Assembly: GCF_046119375.1 (NCBI RefSeq)
Contig: NW_027362771.1
Span: 344,286,001-344,350,000, forward strand
DNA from: Phyllobates terribilis
Taxonomy: Eukaryota
Length of the DNA stretch: 64,000 nt
Reading direction: 5' to 3'
The position numbers and the translations under genes were made by a program. A model generated the notes under the pieces. That model had not been told where the DNA came from. It worked only from the letters and a program-made list of their open reading frames with translations, and did not search any database. Below, piece by piece: positions 19,933 through 33,634 of the stretch (position 1 is the stretch's first letter; the number at the start of each line of letters is the position of its first letter).

Positions 19933-22900
19933 TTAAAGTCAACTGGGTGTTACCAGAGATTTGTCTCTATGGGAGTGTATGCTTGTTCCCCTGCATGTGG
20001 TTGACCAATGATAAGCAGGCAGTTGCAAACAAGGGAGTAAAGAACATGCCTTCCTTTCATCACTGATCTGTGTAGCTACTGGGTAGAGATACAGTAGAGC
20101 TGAGTTATGTAGCCCTTAGGGGTTGGGTGCTACAGCTGTAGTATGGGTGTGATCACACAGCCTGGGGCTTTGTGTGCTGGCATACGATGGACAGACTATA
20201 AGCCGCATACTATGGATCTATCCAGATAGTAATGTTCTGCACCTTGTCATAATACAATCAGATTTTAATATCTGTAGCATAGCCATAATACATATTCCGA
20301 TTCTTGTATCTAACGGGTGTAGCCTCCAGCAAGTTTCATGGCTCACAGCCAATGGTCTCGCACTTCAGTATTTCCATTTCTGTAGGACATTTGTCAGTAG
20401 CTGCATTAGCATTCTGGTAACCTTTATTGGTTAAAAGCAGACATGTCAGCTATTTTGATACTCCCCATAAAATATCAATTCTGGAGAACCTTTGTGCTTT
20501 TGCTTTGCTATTTTTCCTGTATGAATAAATTGACAGCTAGCTGCTAACTTTTCCTTTATCAATATGGTGTGAAAATACAGTCTGACAACTTGGTACAGAT
20601 CGGTTACTGTCAGATTGTCAGCTCTGTATTGACAAGTGAAATTGTCATTCCCAGTCGTCCTTTTTATTGATGCACTTCCAGAAGTAATAAAAGCTGAATA
20701 ATGTGTTGTAAGGAAAAATGTAATTTTATAAGAAATAATAAGTATTTGTTAGAACAGACATGTAGGGGGGTGACGGATCGCTGTTCAATTGAGTTTGTAC
20801 ATGCAGAGCTTTACTATAATAACATGCGGATATAGCAACCATTTATTTTGTGGTCTGATCAGTATATATCCAATCAGCATTTATGTTAGGATTAATATGA
20901 GTAGTCTTTAAGGTACAAGTAAGATAATGTATAGAGTTGAGCAAAAAAATTATCGGGACCTTGGTCCAGAACATTGAGCCTCCTGCTACCTGCTACGTTA
21001 CTGGCGCCTCTTCTAACTAGTAAGTCCATGCAACATCGATGCGCTGCAGTACAACGCACACATGACAATGCGGGGATCGTACTGATCAGTATAGGCTCCA
21101 GGGATGTCGCAAGAAGCGTAAGGTTCACAATGCTCTGGTCCAGTGGCCATGAACTACTATTGTGGTTGCTGGACCAGGGTCCCCAAAAAATGTTTTTGCT
21201 CTAATCCTGTATACATAAATCAATAGCGTATCTACAGAACCTGTGCTTTTATGTGCACAGAGGTTGGGCATACCACCAGTTTATAATTGGTGGCAATCTG
21301 AGACCCCCACCGACCTTCTTTTGTACATCTGTTACTGCTCTCCACACTATAGAGATGGGCAGTTTGTCTTCCCTACAAGGGATGCTGTTCTCTGTAGTGT
21401 GAACCTGCTTGACATGGGGTGAAAATAGAGCACTGGAGGGTTTGTTAGAGCGTCGCTCCGTGCCGTAGGTGTGAGAAGAGCGTTAATAGTGTTCAGACGT
21501 CAGCAGTCTTGCATGAGTTAAGGCTGCTGTAGTTACATTTCAGAACAGGAGAAGGTGACTCACATAGGGGAGCTTTTTGTTTCCTTCAGTCTCTGCCCAC
21601 ACCCATGTGTTTAATGTAAAACAAACCCATTATGTCTAAGATGAGATTGTTTTATTAATTTATATGCCACAAATGACTCTTTTGTTTCTCTAAAAATTGT
21701 CACAATATAACCGGTTAATTTTTCTTATTAACCTCTACCTTGGACTGTCCACTGCTGCATGGTCCCATTAAAGGGGTTGTCCAGTAAAGATAGGTTGTCA
21801 TCTATCCTGTGAGGGTCCGACTAATCGTACAATGGGGCACATTTATTCCCCTTATCTCTATTTAGGTGTACATGCCGGACTGCCTCTTCTTTTAGTCTCT
21901 ATGGGGCTTCTGGGCGCTGAGTTCAGTATTTTCTGGCAGTTTCATAGAGAATGAATGGAGAAGCAGTCAGGCCTTTAAAGGGAATCTGTCATATCTGTCA
22001 GGTCTATGAAATGTAAATCCATTCTCACCTTTATATCTTCTACCTGCTGCTACATTCGTGAGTAATTAGTGGTTTTATTCATATGCAAATGATGTGTTAA
22101 GTCCTTTGAAGGTCAAAGATCACCTAACAAGTCTTGGCCTAACCAGGTTGTTTGGGGAAACAACCTCAGGAGGAGTGGCTCCTTAAGTGCTCTATCACAC
22201 CCAGAGCATTTAAGGCATCATGTGCGTATGAATGAAAATGCTAATTACTGAAGAATGCAGGAACAGATAGAAGATATAAAGGTGTTGATGGATTTACATA
22301 CATATGTGGAGGTGGGCTGGGGTGTTGATCTGACTGACAGATTCCCTGGTAATTGCAAATGATTTATCTATTGCTCTGCCTGTATCATATTGTAAAATGT
22401 TTGTTTTTTTTTACATTTTTTATACTCTGTCCCTCCATATCTTCCTGGATGCTATGTAGATGATTAAATTGGTGGAATAATCTTACATTTTGAGGAAAGT
22501 CAGTCTTACTGGAAAATACAGTTTTTTACAGGTTTCTGGTAATTTACTAATGTTGGCAGAATTAAAAATTATTTGACATGTACAGTTTTACATTTTAGAA
22601 CAGGCAGCTGCTAAACACCGATATTTATTAGTGCAGAGACGTATACGTATTGAGTCTGTATTGAACGCTGCTGCTTTGGCATAAAAAATATATATTGATT
22701 TCTGACTAGGCTTGCGTTTTAGAGTATTTGTGTTTATTGCCACTTGCCTGACCTGCTTTTAAAAGAAATAAATCTCTCTTAAAATTAGTTTAAAAAAGTG
22801 ATTTTCATGGGCGTCACCAACACAAATTACAAAAGGTTTTGGAGCCATAGGATCAAACAGTCATGTGAAAGATGAAACTTTAGAAAGTGCTGTGTAATGA

Positions 22901-23518
22901 AGTTGGGGGAGGGGATGATTCTGAATTGAGAATATTCTATACCTTCGTGCCACGCTGCTCCTCTTTTTTTCAGTTTTTGCTGCCTCATTTTATCAAAAAG
23001 CACTCTTATGGCGCCAGGCCGGCATTCTGGAAATGACAGTTGCACTCTGGGCACCATGTGGGTAGTATCAGTTGGCAGCAGGATGGTAAAGTATATACCT
23101 GTAAGGAGTGCTGCTTCTGATCTTTCTTACATACTTTAATCTTTGGGCCAGGCAATGTAAATGTATAGTAATTTTCCCTAATTATGTTACTTGCTGTGAC
23201 TCAGCAGGTTGTGAATCATCACATTTTTTTAATGATAAAGAAAAGTGTAGCAGTCTGCACTTTTTCTATATAGAGGACGAATGCAAAAAATGTAGTGTAC
23301 CTGAAGCGTACCGCGGGCGAAAGGTTCAGCATAGCTATGGGACCGCAGCCACACTTATGGGGAGGTTTATCAAGCCTTGTGCATGGAAAGAATGAAAATG
23401 AAGCAGGGGCTCACAGCAGACAACTAGTTAATTAGTTTTGTTGCTTTTTTCCCCCAAGAAAATACAATGTTACAATATGATTTCTCCATGTGACTACTCA
23501 TCATCATAATTATTCTAA

Positions 23519-26098
23519 GGCTATGTGCTCACAATGCAGATTTGAAGCAGAAATTTCCTGAGCGTTTTTGCCTCTCCCTGGCAGAAAAAAACGCATGCGG
23601 ATTTACATGCCTTTTTGACGCTTTTTTACATGCGTTTTTTGAAGCATTTTTGTATATCAACGAATGCTTTTTGGAGCTAAATAAAGTTATTTGGTGGGAC
23701 ATTACTTAAATCCTTGGAGTAAGTACTGGGGTGAGTATATTGGTTCATTTAAATGATTAAAGAATGGGTCTGTTGTATTTCAAATAAAATGTTTACACTG
23801 TGTCTGTATGTTTATTTAAATCTTTACTTTAAGTTTGGTCATGAAAAGGTCTGATTGACACCTTGTCATCACCAAACAAAAGAGCTAGGTGTCAGCTAGT
23901 CCCATTTACCCAATCTTCATTAGCATTTCTATTCACGTAATTTATGCGGCTGCTGTGAGCTGCTAATTTAAGCCTGGGAAGGTGCCATTAGGCAAACATT
24001 TTCCCTGGCCATAATTAACATCTCACAGCTGGTTCGTTAGCCACTATGTTCCCCTGATCAGCACTCAGCAGCGATTTGGACACAAGGTATTTATGTTGTG
24101 TCCAAAACGCGGTGTTCTAATGCGGCACTTTTGTTGTCGGTGCATATAATGACACTTCAATCGGTCGACTAGCGTGTGAGTTTGGGTACGTGGCCGCGGT
24201 CAGGAGCCGCTGCAGGTTTGAAGCTGCGTGTTTACACAGCGTGAAACCCGCAGCGTCCAGACGGTACAGCATAGTGGATGGGATCTCTAGAAATCCCATG
24301 TCCACTATGCGTGCATCTGAGGCTGCGGATCACCTGCGGACACTGACTTGTGGCGCGTCTTTCAGGACCGCAACATGTCAAATTCTTTTGCGGAGTTGCT
24401 AGTCTGCGGAACAAAATTTGACCACAAGAAAGTATTGAATGTGGTAAAGCCACATGGTTCAGTGAGCACATGTGGATTTACCTGCTTTCAATAGAATGCA
24501 ACATTTTGGACGCCGTAAAAATTTGCATCCAAAGCGCTGCTACGTCTGAATCCTAGGCACAGAGCCTAAAATAAAAAAAAAAAAAAAAAATATGGCGTGG
24601 GCTTCTGCGTCATTTTTATAACCAGCAGAGGGAAAGCTTGACCGCTGGGGGGCTGATATTAGTAGCCGGGGAAGGGGCCATTGGCCAACAATGTTCCCTG
24701 GCTATTAATATCAGCCCACAGCTGTTTGTTTAGTCTTTACTGGCTAGATTGCAGGGGGATTCCAGAAAAGTTGACGTGGAGTCCCCCTATAAAATCTAAC
24801 CAGCACAGGCTAAACTAGACCGCTGCGGGCTGATATTAATAGCCATGGAAGGGGCCATGGATACTAGCCCCCTCCGCGGCTATTAATATCACCCGTCAGC
24901 AGTCCCAGAAATGGCGCATCCATAAAATGCACGAAATCTGGCGCTTAGCCTCGCTCTTCCACTGCCCTGTAGCGGTGGCAGTGGGGTAATGGGGTTGGGG
25001 TTCATGTCAGCCTTGTATTGGTGGCTGACGTGAAGCTCAGATTAGTAATGCAGAGCGTCTATAAGACGCCCCCATTACTAACCGCGTGGTAAAATAGTCC
25101 CGCCTTTTCAATAAAAACACATCCAGAAAGTATTTTAATAAAATAAAAAACACACTGTTTTAAAAAAAATGTTATTGTACGCCTCCGCGAAGCCCTCGAT
25201 CTCCTGAAAAAAACGTAAAATAACAAACCACAATATTCCTCACCTGTCCGCCGTCAACGACGCAGTCCACGTACCACTGAGAGTCCTATGACAATCTGGG
25301 TCACTTCTACAGTTGTGACATCAGCAATCACTTTTGTCACAGCTGTAGAATACAGCACTGTATACTGACAGGGGTGTAAAATCACCCCTGTCAGTATACA
25401 TGCTGCAGGAGGTCCCCTGGGGTTCATCAGCTGAAGATCAGCTGGTGAGCCCCTGGGAACATTCTTGCGAATGTTCCCACGGTTAGGTGAGCTCCAGCTG
25501 AATGGTCATGTGACCATCAACGTCGGCGCAGGTCCTGGCAGCGCACTACACTGCTGGGAGCGTGTCTCTGGCCGCCGGGAGCATCGGATCGCCGCCAGGG
25601 ACCAGGAGGACACCGGGGGCCGCCGGACTGGTGAGTTTGAGGTGTTTTTTTTTTTTTTTTTTTATACTAACGCGGGCTGGGAACAGCAGACTGCTGCTCC
25701 TCCCATCCACGCCAGTCAGAGCAGCGATCGGATGAGAGGAAGAATGGCCTCTCCCGACCCGAGTACCACCCGCAGCGCGATTCCGTCGCAAATGTGCGCC
25801 TATTGACTGTCATTGAAACGCAGCAAATCCGCATGTATAGATATTATGCATTGAATCGGAGCAAATCCGCATGTAATTCAATGGGCGCAAATTCGCGGCG
25901 GAATCGCGCAATAAATGGTCCTGCTGCGGTTTTTGCCGCAATGGTAATCCTGAGCGGAAATTTCTGCTTCATGTGCATAGCACATCCGGATTACCATTGC
26001 TATACTTGGCAGACCTATTAACAAGCGGTTTTAATGCATTTCCGCAGCGGAAAAATGGCCACAGAAACGTATTAAAACCGCATCGTGTGCACATAGCC
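23519..26098. mobile_element. 2.6-kb non-autonomous PIF/Harbinger-type element
   Basis: TIRs GGCTATGTGCTCACAATGC / GCATCGTGTGCACATAGCC; TSD TAA at 23516-23518 and 26099-26101; many internal palindromes; no recognisable ORF. Confidence 0.8.
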
Positions 26099-27954
26099 TA
26101 AGACTTGCATGTCACGACCCTGTTTTGTGACTGTGTTCTTGTACGCAGCTTGCTGTACATTTTTTTTAAAGGGGCTGTCCACTTCTCTTTATTTATAAAA
26201 GTGTGTGTGGGTGGGGGGGCACATTTCAGTGTCACTTTCATGTACTCCTGCTTTATGAAGCGCCGCCTGCTTGTTAGTGCAGCTTTCCTCACTTGCTGAC
26301 CAGCACTTCTTTCTATATAATGACTACTGACGGAAGAGCATGTGACCAGATCAGTCCACCAGCCTCCTCCAATAAAAAAGCAGCTTTTCTATGTAAGATG
26401 TTTCTCAGTTGGAGGAGGCTGATGGACAGATCCGGTCACGTGATCCTCCACTAGCGGCCTAGTTTTATCTTTCGCTGTTCGGTTACAGTGGCCTTTTTAC
26501 AAAACTTTACAGGAAGTGCAGCCATATTGGTTGTCACCTGGAACTGGCATTTGTGTAAATTGTCTTGTTGGTATAGCTTGAACATGCTGACTAAGTGACG
26601 GCTGTTCGTCCGTTTCGGAGAAGTAAATTCAGACGTGGTAACCATACTTCCTCCTTTTACTCATGTTTGCATTAAAGGGAATCTGTTAGCCGGCTTTTGC
26701 TATTTAATCTGAGAGCACCGTAATGTTGGGGCAGAGTGCCTGATTTCAGTAATGTCACTTTTTAGGCCATGTGCTCTAGATTTAGTACAATCGCTGTTTT
26801 ATGATCAGAAGATGATCACTACATGACTAGGTCTCATCTACAGGACTAGGTCTCATGTGCAGGACAGTCGGGCTAATCCGTGTAACACCACCCCAACACT
26901 GATGGGCCGCTTGTTGACAATTCTTACTTTACACAGGAAGTTGCCAATCATGGGTGTGGTTACACAGGGCTTAAAGGAAACCTCTCAGCTGATACATGTT
27001 GCTCACCGATTAAGCAGCATGTATTAGGCACTGGCTGCATTATCTCAGCCGGGTATGCTTGACTCTGAAATGCTGCGGCGTTTAAAAGACTCTGGCCCCG
27101 GAGGCTTCTCCATGTCCGCAGCCCTGGAGTGACAGCTACTAGTAGCGAGCAGGAAGTAGCCAAGAGGGACCCATCTGTCCAACTAGTCTACAGGGTTGTC
27201 TTTGTCCATTTTGGCATTTAAAGTATTTCTTTCTCTGAAATGCCGCAGTGTTTTTGTTTTTTTCGCAGATCAGAGGGACAAACTTGCACAGTTAAGGAAT
27301 ATGGTTTTTGTAGTAGCTGAGTACACCATGTTTAGTATGTCCTCAGTTTAAATTGTGTTTTGGGGTTGACAGACTCCTTTTAAAGGGAACATTCCATCTC
27401 CAAAAAAACGCTATGTACCTGCAGAGATAGTGGTAGTAGTGTCGTCATGTCTGGTAGGCTTACTGGAGCAGCAGCTACAGGGAGAAAATGATGTTCTATC
27501 CTCCCTGCAGCCACTCCTGAGGCAGCGAGCTGTAATAGTCACCCCTCAGTACACAGTGAGCGCGCTATAATCCCACTCTCATCTGCAGCCATGTGTGTGT
27601 AGGGTTGGCTGTTAATCAGTATGGCAGAGAGTTAGTCCATTGTGCTCCCTTTATAGTGATTGACAGTAACTGATCTGTGCGTCGCCCCAATGACTGGAAG
27701 TGAGGGGTTACAGGGAGTACAGATCTTCATTTTCAAACCTGCAAGGCATGACTGAAACACTTATTTACATGTAGATTACCACTTGATCTTCAGGTATCTT
27801 GCGTGTTTGCAGGTGACAAATTCCATTTTAGATGAGTCATTAATATATATGTACTTAACAACCTCAAGTCAGAATTTCTATTTTTTTAATGCATACTTTA
27901 TTTTTTTTTAATGGATTTTACTGTCTGAAATAGCCTATACGTTAAACATGATTA

Positions 27955-28148
27955 GGCCACGGCCCCACTATCAGTATTTGGTCAGTATTCAGTCTCAGGA
28001 GTGGGAGAGAAAACCAGGTGAGGAGCAATCAGAGAAAAGGTATAATAGAAACAAGCGCACCAATCCTGCATTTATCACCCACTCCTGGTTTTGGCTCCCA
28101 CTCCTGAGAAAAAAATACTGACCGAATACTGATAGTGGGGCCGTGGCC
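27955..28148. mobile_element. 194-bp Harbinger-type MITE
   Basis: ~35-bp near-perfect TIRs GGCCACGGCCCCACTATCAGTATT; TSD TTA; a half copy lies at ~49930-49985. Confidence 0.85.
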
Positions 28149-28215
28149 TTAGCAAACATGATGTGAGCCCAGCCTATGTTTTACATGGTAAACTTTGCAA
28201 TATTATGTTTATTAA

Positions 28216-28844
28216 AGGGAAGCTGTCACCAGGTTTTTGCCACCTCATTTGAGAGCAGTAGCATGATGTAGCGGCAGAGACCCTGATTCCAGCGGTCGTA
28301 GTCATCTATTGTGATGAGATCTGAATAACAACCCCCCACCCCTGATTGTTAGCTTTCTACATATGTACTCCGCATTCAGAGAACTGGTAGATCTGCAGCA
28401 GATTAAACAGGGATTTTATCAAAAGTGCAGCAAGCAGCCCAGTAAGCAGGGCTGTGGAGTTGGTAAGCCAAACCTCCAACTCCTCAATTTCCATGACTCC
28501 AACTCCGACTCCCTCATACATGGCTCATGTTTAAGTGATAAATTTACTGTAGCACAGATTCATCTCTAAAAGTCTAGACCCTTAGATCAGGAATAGGGCA
28601 GACATTTATAGGACATTTCATAACTTTCCCCAAATTCTTATGAAAAAATATTCCCCACAAACTGCATTGAACTACTGTACTCAATTAATTATATAATTTA
28701 TACCGATTCCGACTCCACCAAAATGGACATAGACTCCGACTCCACAGCCCTGCCAGTAAGTGATACATTGCTGAAATCTGGGTCTCATACCTTAAGTCTT
28801 GCTACTCTCAGATGGGTAGTAAAAACTTGGTAACAAGTTTCCTT
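28216..28844. mobile_element. Kolobok/T2-type MITE hosting a hAT MITE
   Basis: TTAA-AGGGAAGCTGTCACC...GTAACAAGTTTCCTT-TTAA; a related copy lies at ~55395-55760. Confidence 0.55.
28447..28752. mobile_element. hAT-superfamily MITE
   Basis: TIR CAGGGCTGTGGAGT; 8-bp TSD CCAGTAAG at 28439-28446 and 28753-28760; subterminal (C/A)ACTCC repeats. Confidence 0.92.
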
Positions 28845-31800
28845 TTAAAGAAATGAAAAATGGCTTCCCATCTAAGCCACCCACTGAACTAAGCTGAACT
28901 TTAGCCCCAATTGTCTGCCAATAGTCTTTCCCTGATTTTTGTGGTTAGTAAAAGCTGTACCAGTCCAGTGTTTTTTTTTTTTAGTATTATACTTAACAGC
29001 TGCTGTCTTCTGCTCATCCAGGCGCTGCTCCGGTCCTGCGCCGCCATCTTGTGGCTGCAGCTTCTGACTGACCTGTAGTCAGAGGTAACGATCACAAGCT
29101 CTCAGTGTAAGTCTATGAGAGCCTTGTTCTAGTTTCTCATAGACTTACACTGCGTTGTGATTTCCAGATCGCCCAGCAAACACTGGAGTGACCGGACAGG
29201 TCACACCCTGCCGAAGATGACCAGAGTGGCGCCAATGACAGAAGAAGACAGCGGCTGGTAAGTATAAGACTTGCGCCAGGGAACTTAGATTAGTGGCACT
29301 ACTGCAGTGGTAAAATAAACAAACGCTGGAGTGGTGCCTTAATTGTATAATAAGTTCTGCAACTTTAGTAAATACTGTTTCAGTTCCTCACAATTTTGAA
29401 CCTCTTCGTTTGCCATCAGTCAACAGGGGACAAAAAAATAATCTTGTTTTGATTTAGGAACCCATACCGACCTTGTTCTGCTCTCCTCTATAAGGGGGGC
29501 ACAGTTGTATCCTGTCTGCAAGCTTCTGCACTAAACGCATCACTAGCACAGTGCTCTCTTCTATACTGATAGACTGCAGCTAAGTAGGTGAGTAAAATGC
29601 GTCAGTTGGGGCCGAAGCTTTGTTCTTCACCGGCTGCAAGGAAAGGAAGAGCTTGAAAATGGTGTTCTGTAAAATTTTAATAATTTAAGAGCCCAGTTAA
29701 TTGATTCAGAATATGCTCAGTCTGCCCAGCCTTATTTTCTGTTACAGCGGAAGTATGGTGTAACTTCTGCAAATAGTTTGGGTATAAAGCCGAACACATT
29801 TCACAGAAATATCTGATGATTTGAGCAAATCCTGCAGCTTGTCTCTTGGCTGGTTAGTCCGCTGTGCACTGTCATGTTATACAGTCTTGTAATATTAATG
29901 AGGGCCAGTCCTAGCGAGTTAAAAATGGTTTTGATTGTGTCATGTGTGCACACTAGGCCTTTTCTCCTCCGCTTTGCTTTCTGCAGGGTGGGGGTGCTTT
30001 GTTCCAGGCAGAGAGCTCGTGCTGAACTTTCTGCGCTCGTCACAATGTTCCTCCTCTCCTGAATTCATGTGGATAACATAATTGCTTGACACCCACTCAT
30101 GTTGGCTTTTCCTTGCTTTCCTCTATGCAGTAATGAGCATGGGAGGTAATTTTACTGTCTTCTGGCTGTATAGATGCAGTCGCAGGTAACTGTCTTAGAA
30201 ATAACCCCAGACTCGCCAGCATACCTGTGTTATACTGGATCCCACTGGTTTCCTTTCATATATATTGATTACACAATGCATTAGTGTTTATCAACAAAAT
30301 GACATCATCGGTTTTGTATCACGTGACCGGTGGGTTGCAGCAAGGTCACAGTTTTATTTCCAAAGTGATATCATCATAGCTATAATAGTAATCATTACAG
30401 TTTATGGGTCACTAGCACATTCTGCAGCCGCTGCCCTTTAAACCACTGTTGATCTGTCATTTACAAGCCCATCAGCAGTCATTTAATGGCCTGGTTAGGC
30501 AGGTTGCGTGGGATTCTGTGTGCATAAAATATTGTATCCAGCAGCACATTTCCAGTTTTAATGGATGATGAGCTCCTGATAATTATTAATTTAATGTGAC
30601 TGATTATCGACTTGTATAAACATGCTAGCAATCTGTGAGCATTCTAACAAATGCTTGTTCCCGATTATCAGCTCTTCTAAATGGGCCTTTAATCTGGTTG
30701 TCTGGGGTAGTGCATTCCACAGAGCTGGTGCAGCACAAACACAAACCTTTTTGAAAAGGGAATGGGAGGTTCCCGTTATGGGGGGGGGATTTTAATCTTG
30801 GATCTTTAGCACAATTCAGTGCATGGGAAGAGTGATAGACATGGTAGATGGGGGTGGTAGATATGAGGAAGAAGCTATAAGGAGGTGCAGTGTTAAGGAC
30901 CATTTAGACAAGCTTATAAATTGGAATGAGCATTCATCAGACTGCTCATTTCACAGTTGTATCAACAACTTGTATCAACTTGCTGGCAGTCACTGATGAA
31001 AGAGCAAAACACTCATTTGGTGGGTGATTGAATTTGTATTGTTTATGCTGGCATTAAAATCATTGTCCTCGGCCACACATGGTCCTGTATATATAGGTGA
31101 TGTTCTGCTGATAACTGTGCACACATAATTCTGGACGACCTGCCTAGACAGACCATCATCTGCTGGTAAGCTGTATTTGCCAATCGGCCGTCGTTAAATG
31201 GCAGCGGTTTTCAGGTGTAAACGATCCTTTACAGTCAACAGTTTAGGTCTGAACTTTTCATTTGATTTTTACAATCCAATACCATTACAGTGTGCTGCAT
31301 GGCAATGGATCTATCTGCAGGTGTGGTAATAAACTGCATTTTTGCATTGTTTGTAAAATGTATGTACAGCGTCTAATTACCCCTCAAGAGTCATCTTGGC
31401 CGTGCTTTTCAGGTGATGAGTAAAAATATCAAATGGTTTACTACCTCTGCTGTCCTAAAACCTGTTATTAATTTTGTCACACTTTGAAGTAATTATGAGT
31501 TTAACCACATTTTTCTCCTTTCTTTGTGTCTGCATCAAGTAAATCCTTTGTGGTAGTGTTCTAGTGCCGTGTGTCCGTCTGCTTGGTGATGTCCAGTCTC
31601 TTTAATGCACTACTTAATCACTCATCTGTCCTTTTAGCCTGTTTAATAATAAATGGGCCGATTACTGTATGAGCTCATTTCTACGCAACAGACAGTGGCG
31701 CTGGATGAAAGGGTCTTCTCGCCATCATCTGGTACAATTGATTTTTAAACCAAAGCTTTGACTTGGAAGTGTGCCCTATGCTATTTACTGATGATACCTT

Positions 31801-31874
31801 ACTGATCTACAAATATAAGCTGATTACCCAAATTGTGTGTGTGTGTGTGTGTATAATATAAATATATATATACA

Positions 31875-33427
31875 CACTGCTCCAAAAAAATAAAGAGAAC
31901 ACTCAAATAACACATCCTAGATCTGAATGAGTGAAATATTCTCATTGAATACTTTGTTCTGTACAAAGTTGAATGTGCTCACAACAAAATCACACAAAAA
32001 TAATCAATGGAAATCAAATTTATTAACCAATGGAGGCCTGGATTTGGAGTCACCCCCAAAATTAAAGTAGAAAAACACACTACAGGCTAATCCAACTTTA
32101 ATGTAATGTCCTTAAAACAAGTCAAAATGAGGCTCAATATTGTGTGTGGCCTCCACTTGCCTGTATGACCTCCCTACCATGCCTGGGCATGCTCCTGATG
32201 AGGTTGCGGATGTGGGATCTCCTCCCAGACCTGGACTAAAGCATCCGCCAACTCCTGGACAGTCTGTGGTGCAATGTGACGGTGGATTGAGCGAGACATG
32301 ATGTCCCAGATGTGCTCAATCGGATTCAGGTCTGGGGAACGGGCGGGCCAGTCCATAGCTTCAATGCCTTCATCTTGCAGGAACTGCTGCCACACTCCAG
32401 CCACATGAGGTCTGGCATTGTCCTGCATTAGGAGGAACCCAGGGCCAACCGCACCAGCATGTGGTCTCACAAGGGGTCTGAGGATCTCATCTCGGTACCT
32501 AATGGCAGTCAGGCTACCTCTGGCGAGCACATGGAGGGCTGTGCGGCCCTCCAAAGAAATGCCATCCCACACTATTACTGACTAACTGCCAAACCGGTCA
32601 TGCTGAAGGATGTTGCAGGCAGCAGATCGCTCTACACGGATTCTCCAGACTCTGTCACGTCTGTCACATGTGCTCAGTGTGAACCTGCTTTCATCTGTGA
32701 AGAGCACAGGGCGCCAGTGGCGACTTTGCCAATCCTGGTGTTCTGTGGCAAATGCCAAGCGTCCTGCACGGTGTTTGGCTGTGAGCACAACCCCCATCTG
32801 TGGACGTCGGGCCCTCATACCACCCTCATGGAGTCGGTTTCTAACCATTTGTGCAGACACATGCACATTTGTGGCCTGCTAGAGAGGTCATTTTGCAGGG
32901 CTCTGGCAGTGCTCCTCCTGTTCCTCCTTGCACAAAGGCGGAGGTAGCTGTCCTGCTGCTGGGTTGTTGCCCTCCTACGGCCCCCTCCACATCTCTTGGT
33001 GTACTGGCCTGTCTCCTGGTAGCGCCTCCAGCTTCTGGACACTACGCTGACAGACACAGCAAACCTTCTTGCCACAGCTCGCATTGATGTGCCATCCTGG
33101 ATGAGCTGCACTACCTGAGCAACTTCTGTGGGTTGTAGTGTCTGTCTCATGCTACCACGAGTGTGAAAGCACAACCAACATTCAAAAGTGACCAAAATAT
33201 CAGCCAGAAAGCATTGGTACTGAGATGTGGTCTGTGGTCCCCACCTGCAGAACCACTCCTTTATTGAGGGTGTCTTGATAATTGCCAATAATTTCCATCT
33301 ATTGTCTATTCCATTTGGACAACAGCATGTGAAATTGATTGTCAATCAGTGTTGCTTCCTAAGTGGACAGTTTGATTTCACAGAAGTTTGATTTACTTGG
33401 AGTCATATTCTGTTGTTTAAGTGTTCC
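31875..33427 (-). mobile_element. Tc1-like transposon (short TIR), defective; right end runs into the gap
   Basis: CACTGCTC...AAATAAAG end; transposase fragments [44 protein letters not shown] and SPDLNPIEHIWD. Confidence 0.92.
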
Positions 33428-33569
33428 NNNNNNNNNNNNNNNNNNNNNNNNNNNNNNNNNNNNNNNNNNNNNNNNNNNNNNNNNNNNNNNNNNNNNNNNN
33501 NNNNNNNNNNNNNNNNNNNNNNNNNNNNNNNNNNNNNNNNNNNNNNNNNNNNNNNNNNNNNNNNNNNNN
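33428..33569. other. Assembly gap (N run)
   Basis: Run of N. Confidence 1.
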
Positions 33570-33634
33570 ATTTGGGTGATCAGCTTATATTTGTAGATCA
33601 GCTGATTATTCAAAAAAATATACTATAGTACATA

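Noticed and set aside
33571-33615. Short imperfect hairpin next to the gap
   Set aside because: It is degenerate, abuts an N-gap and is probably a MITE fragment.
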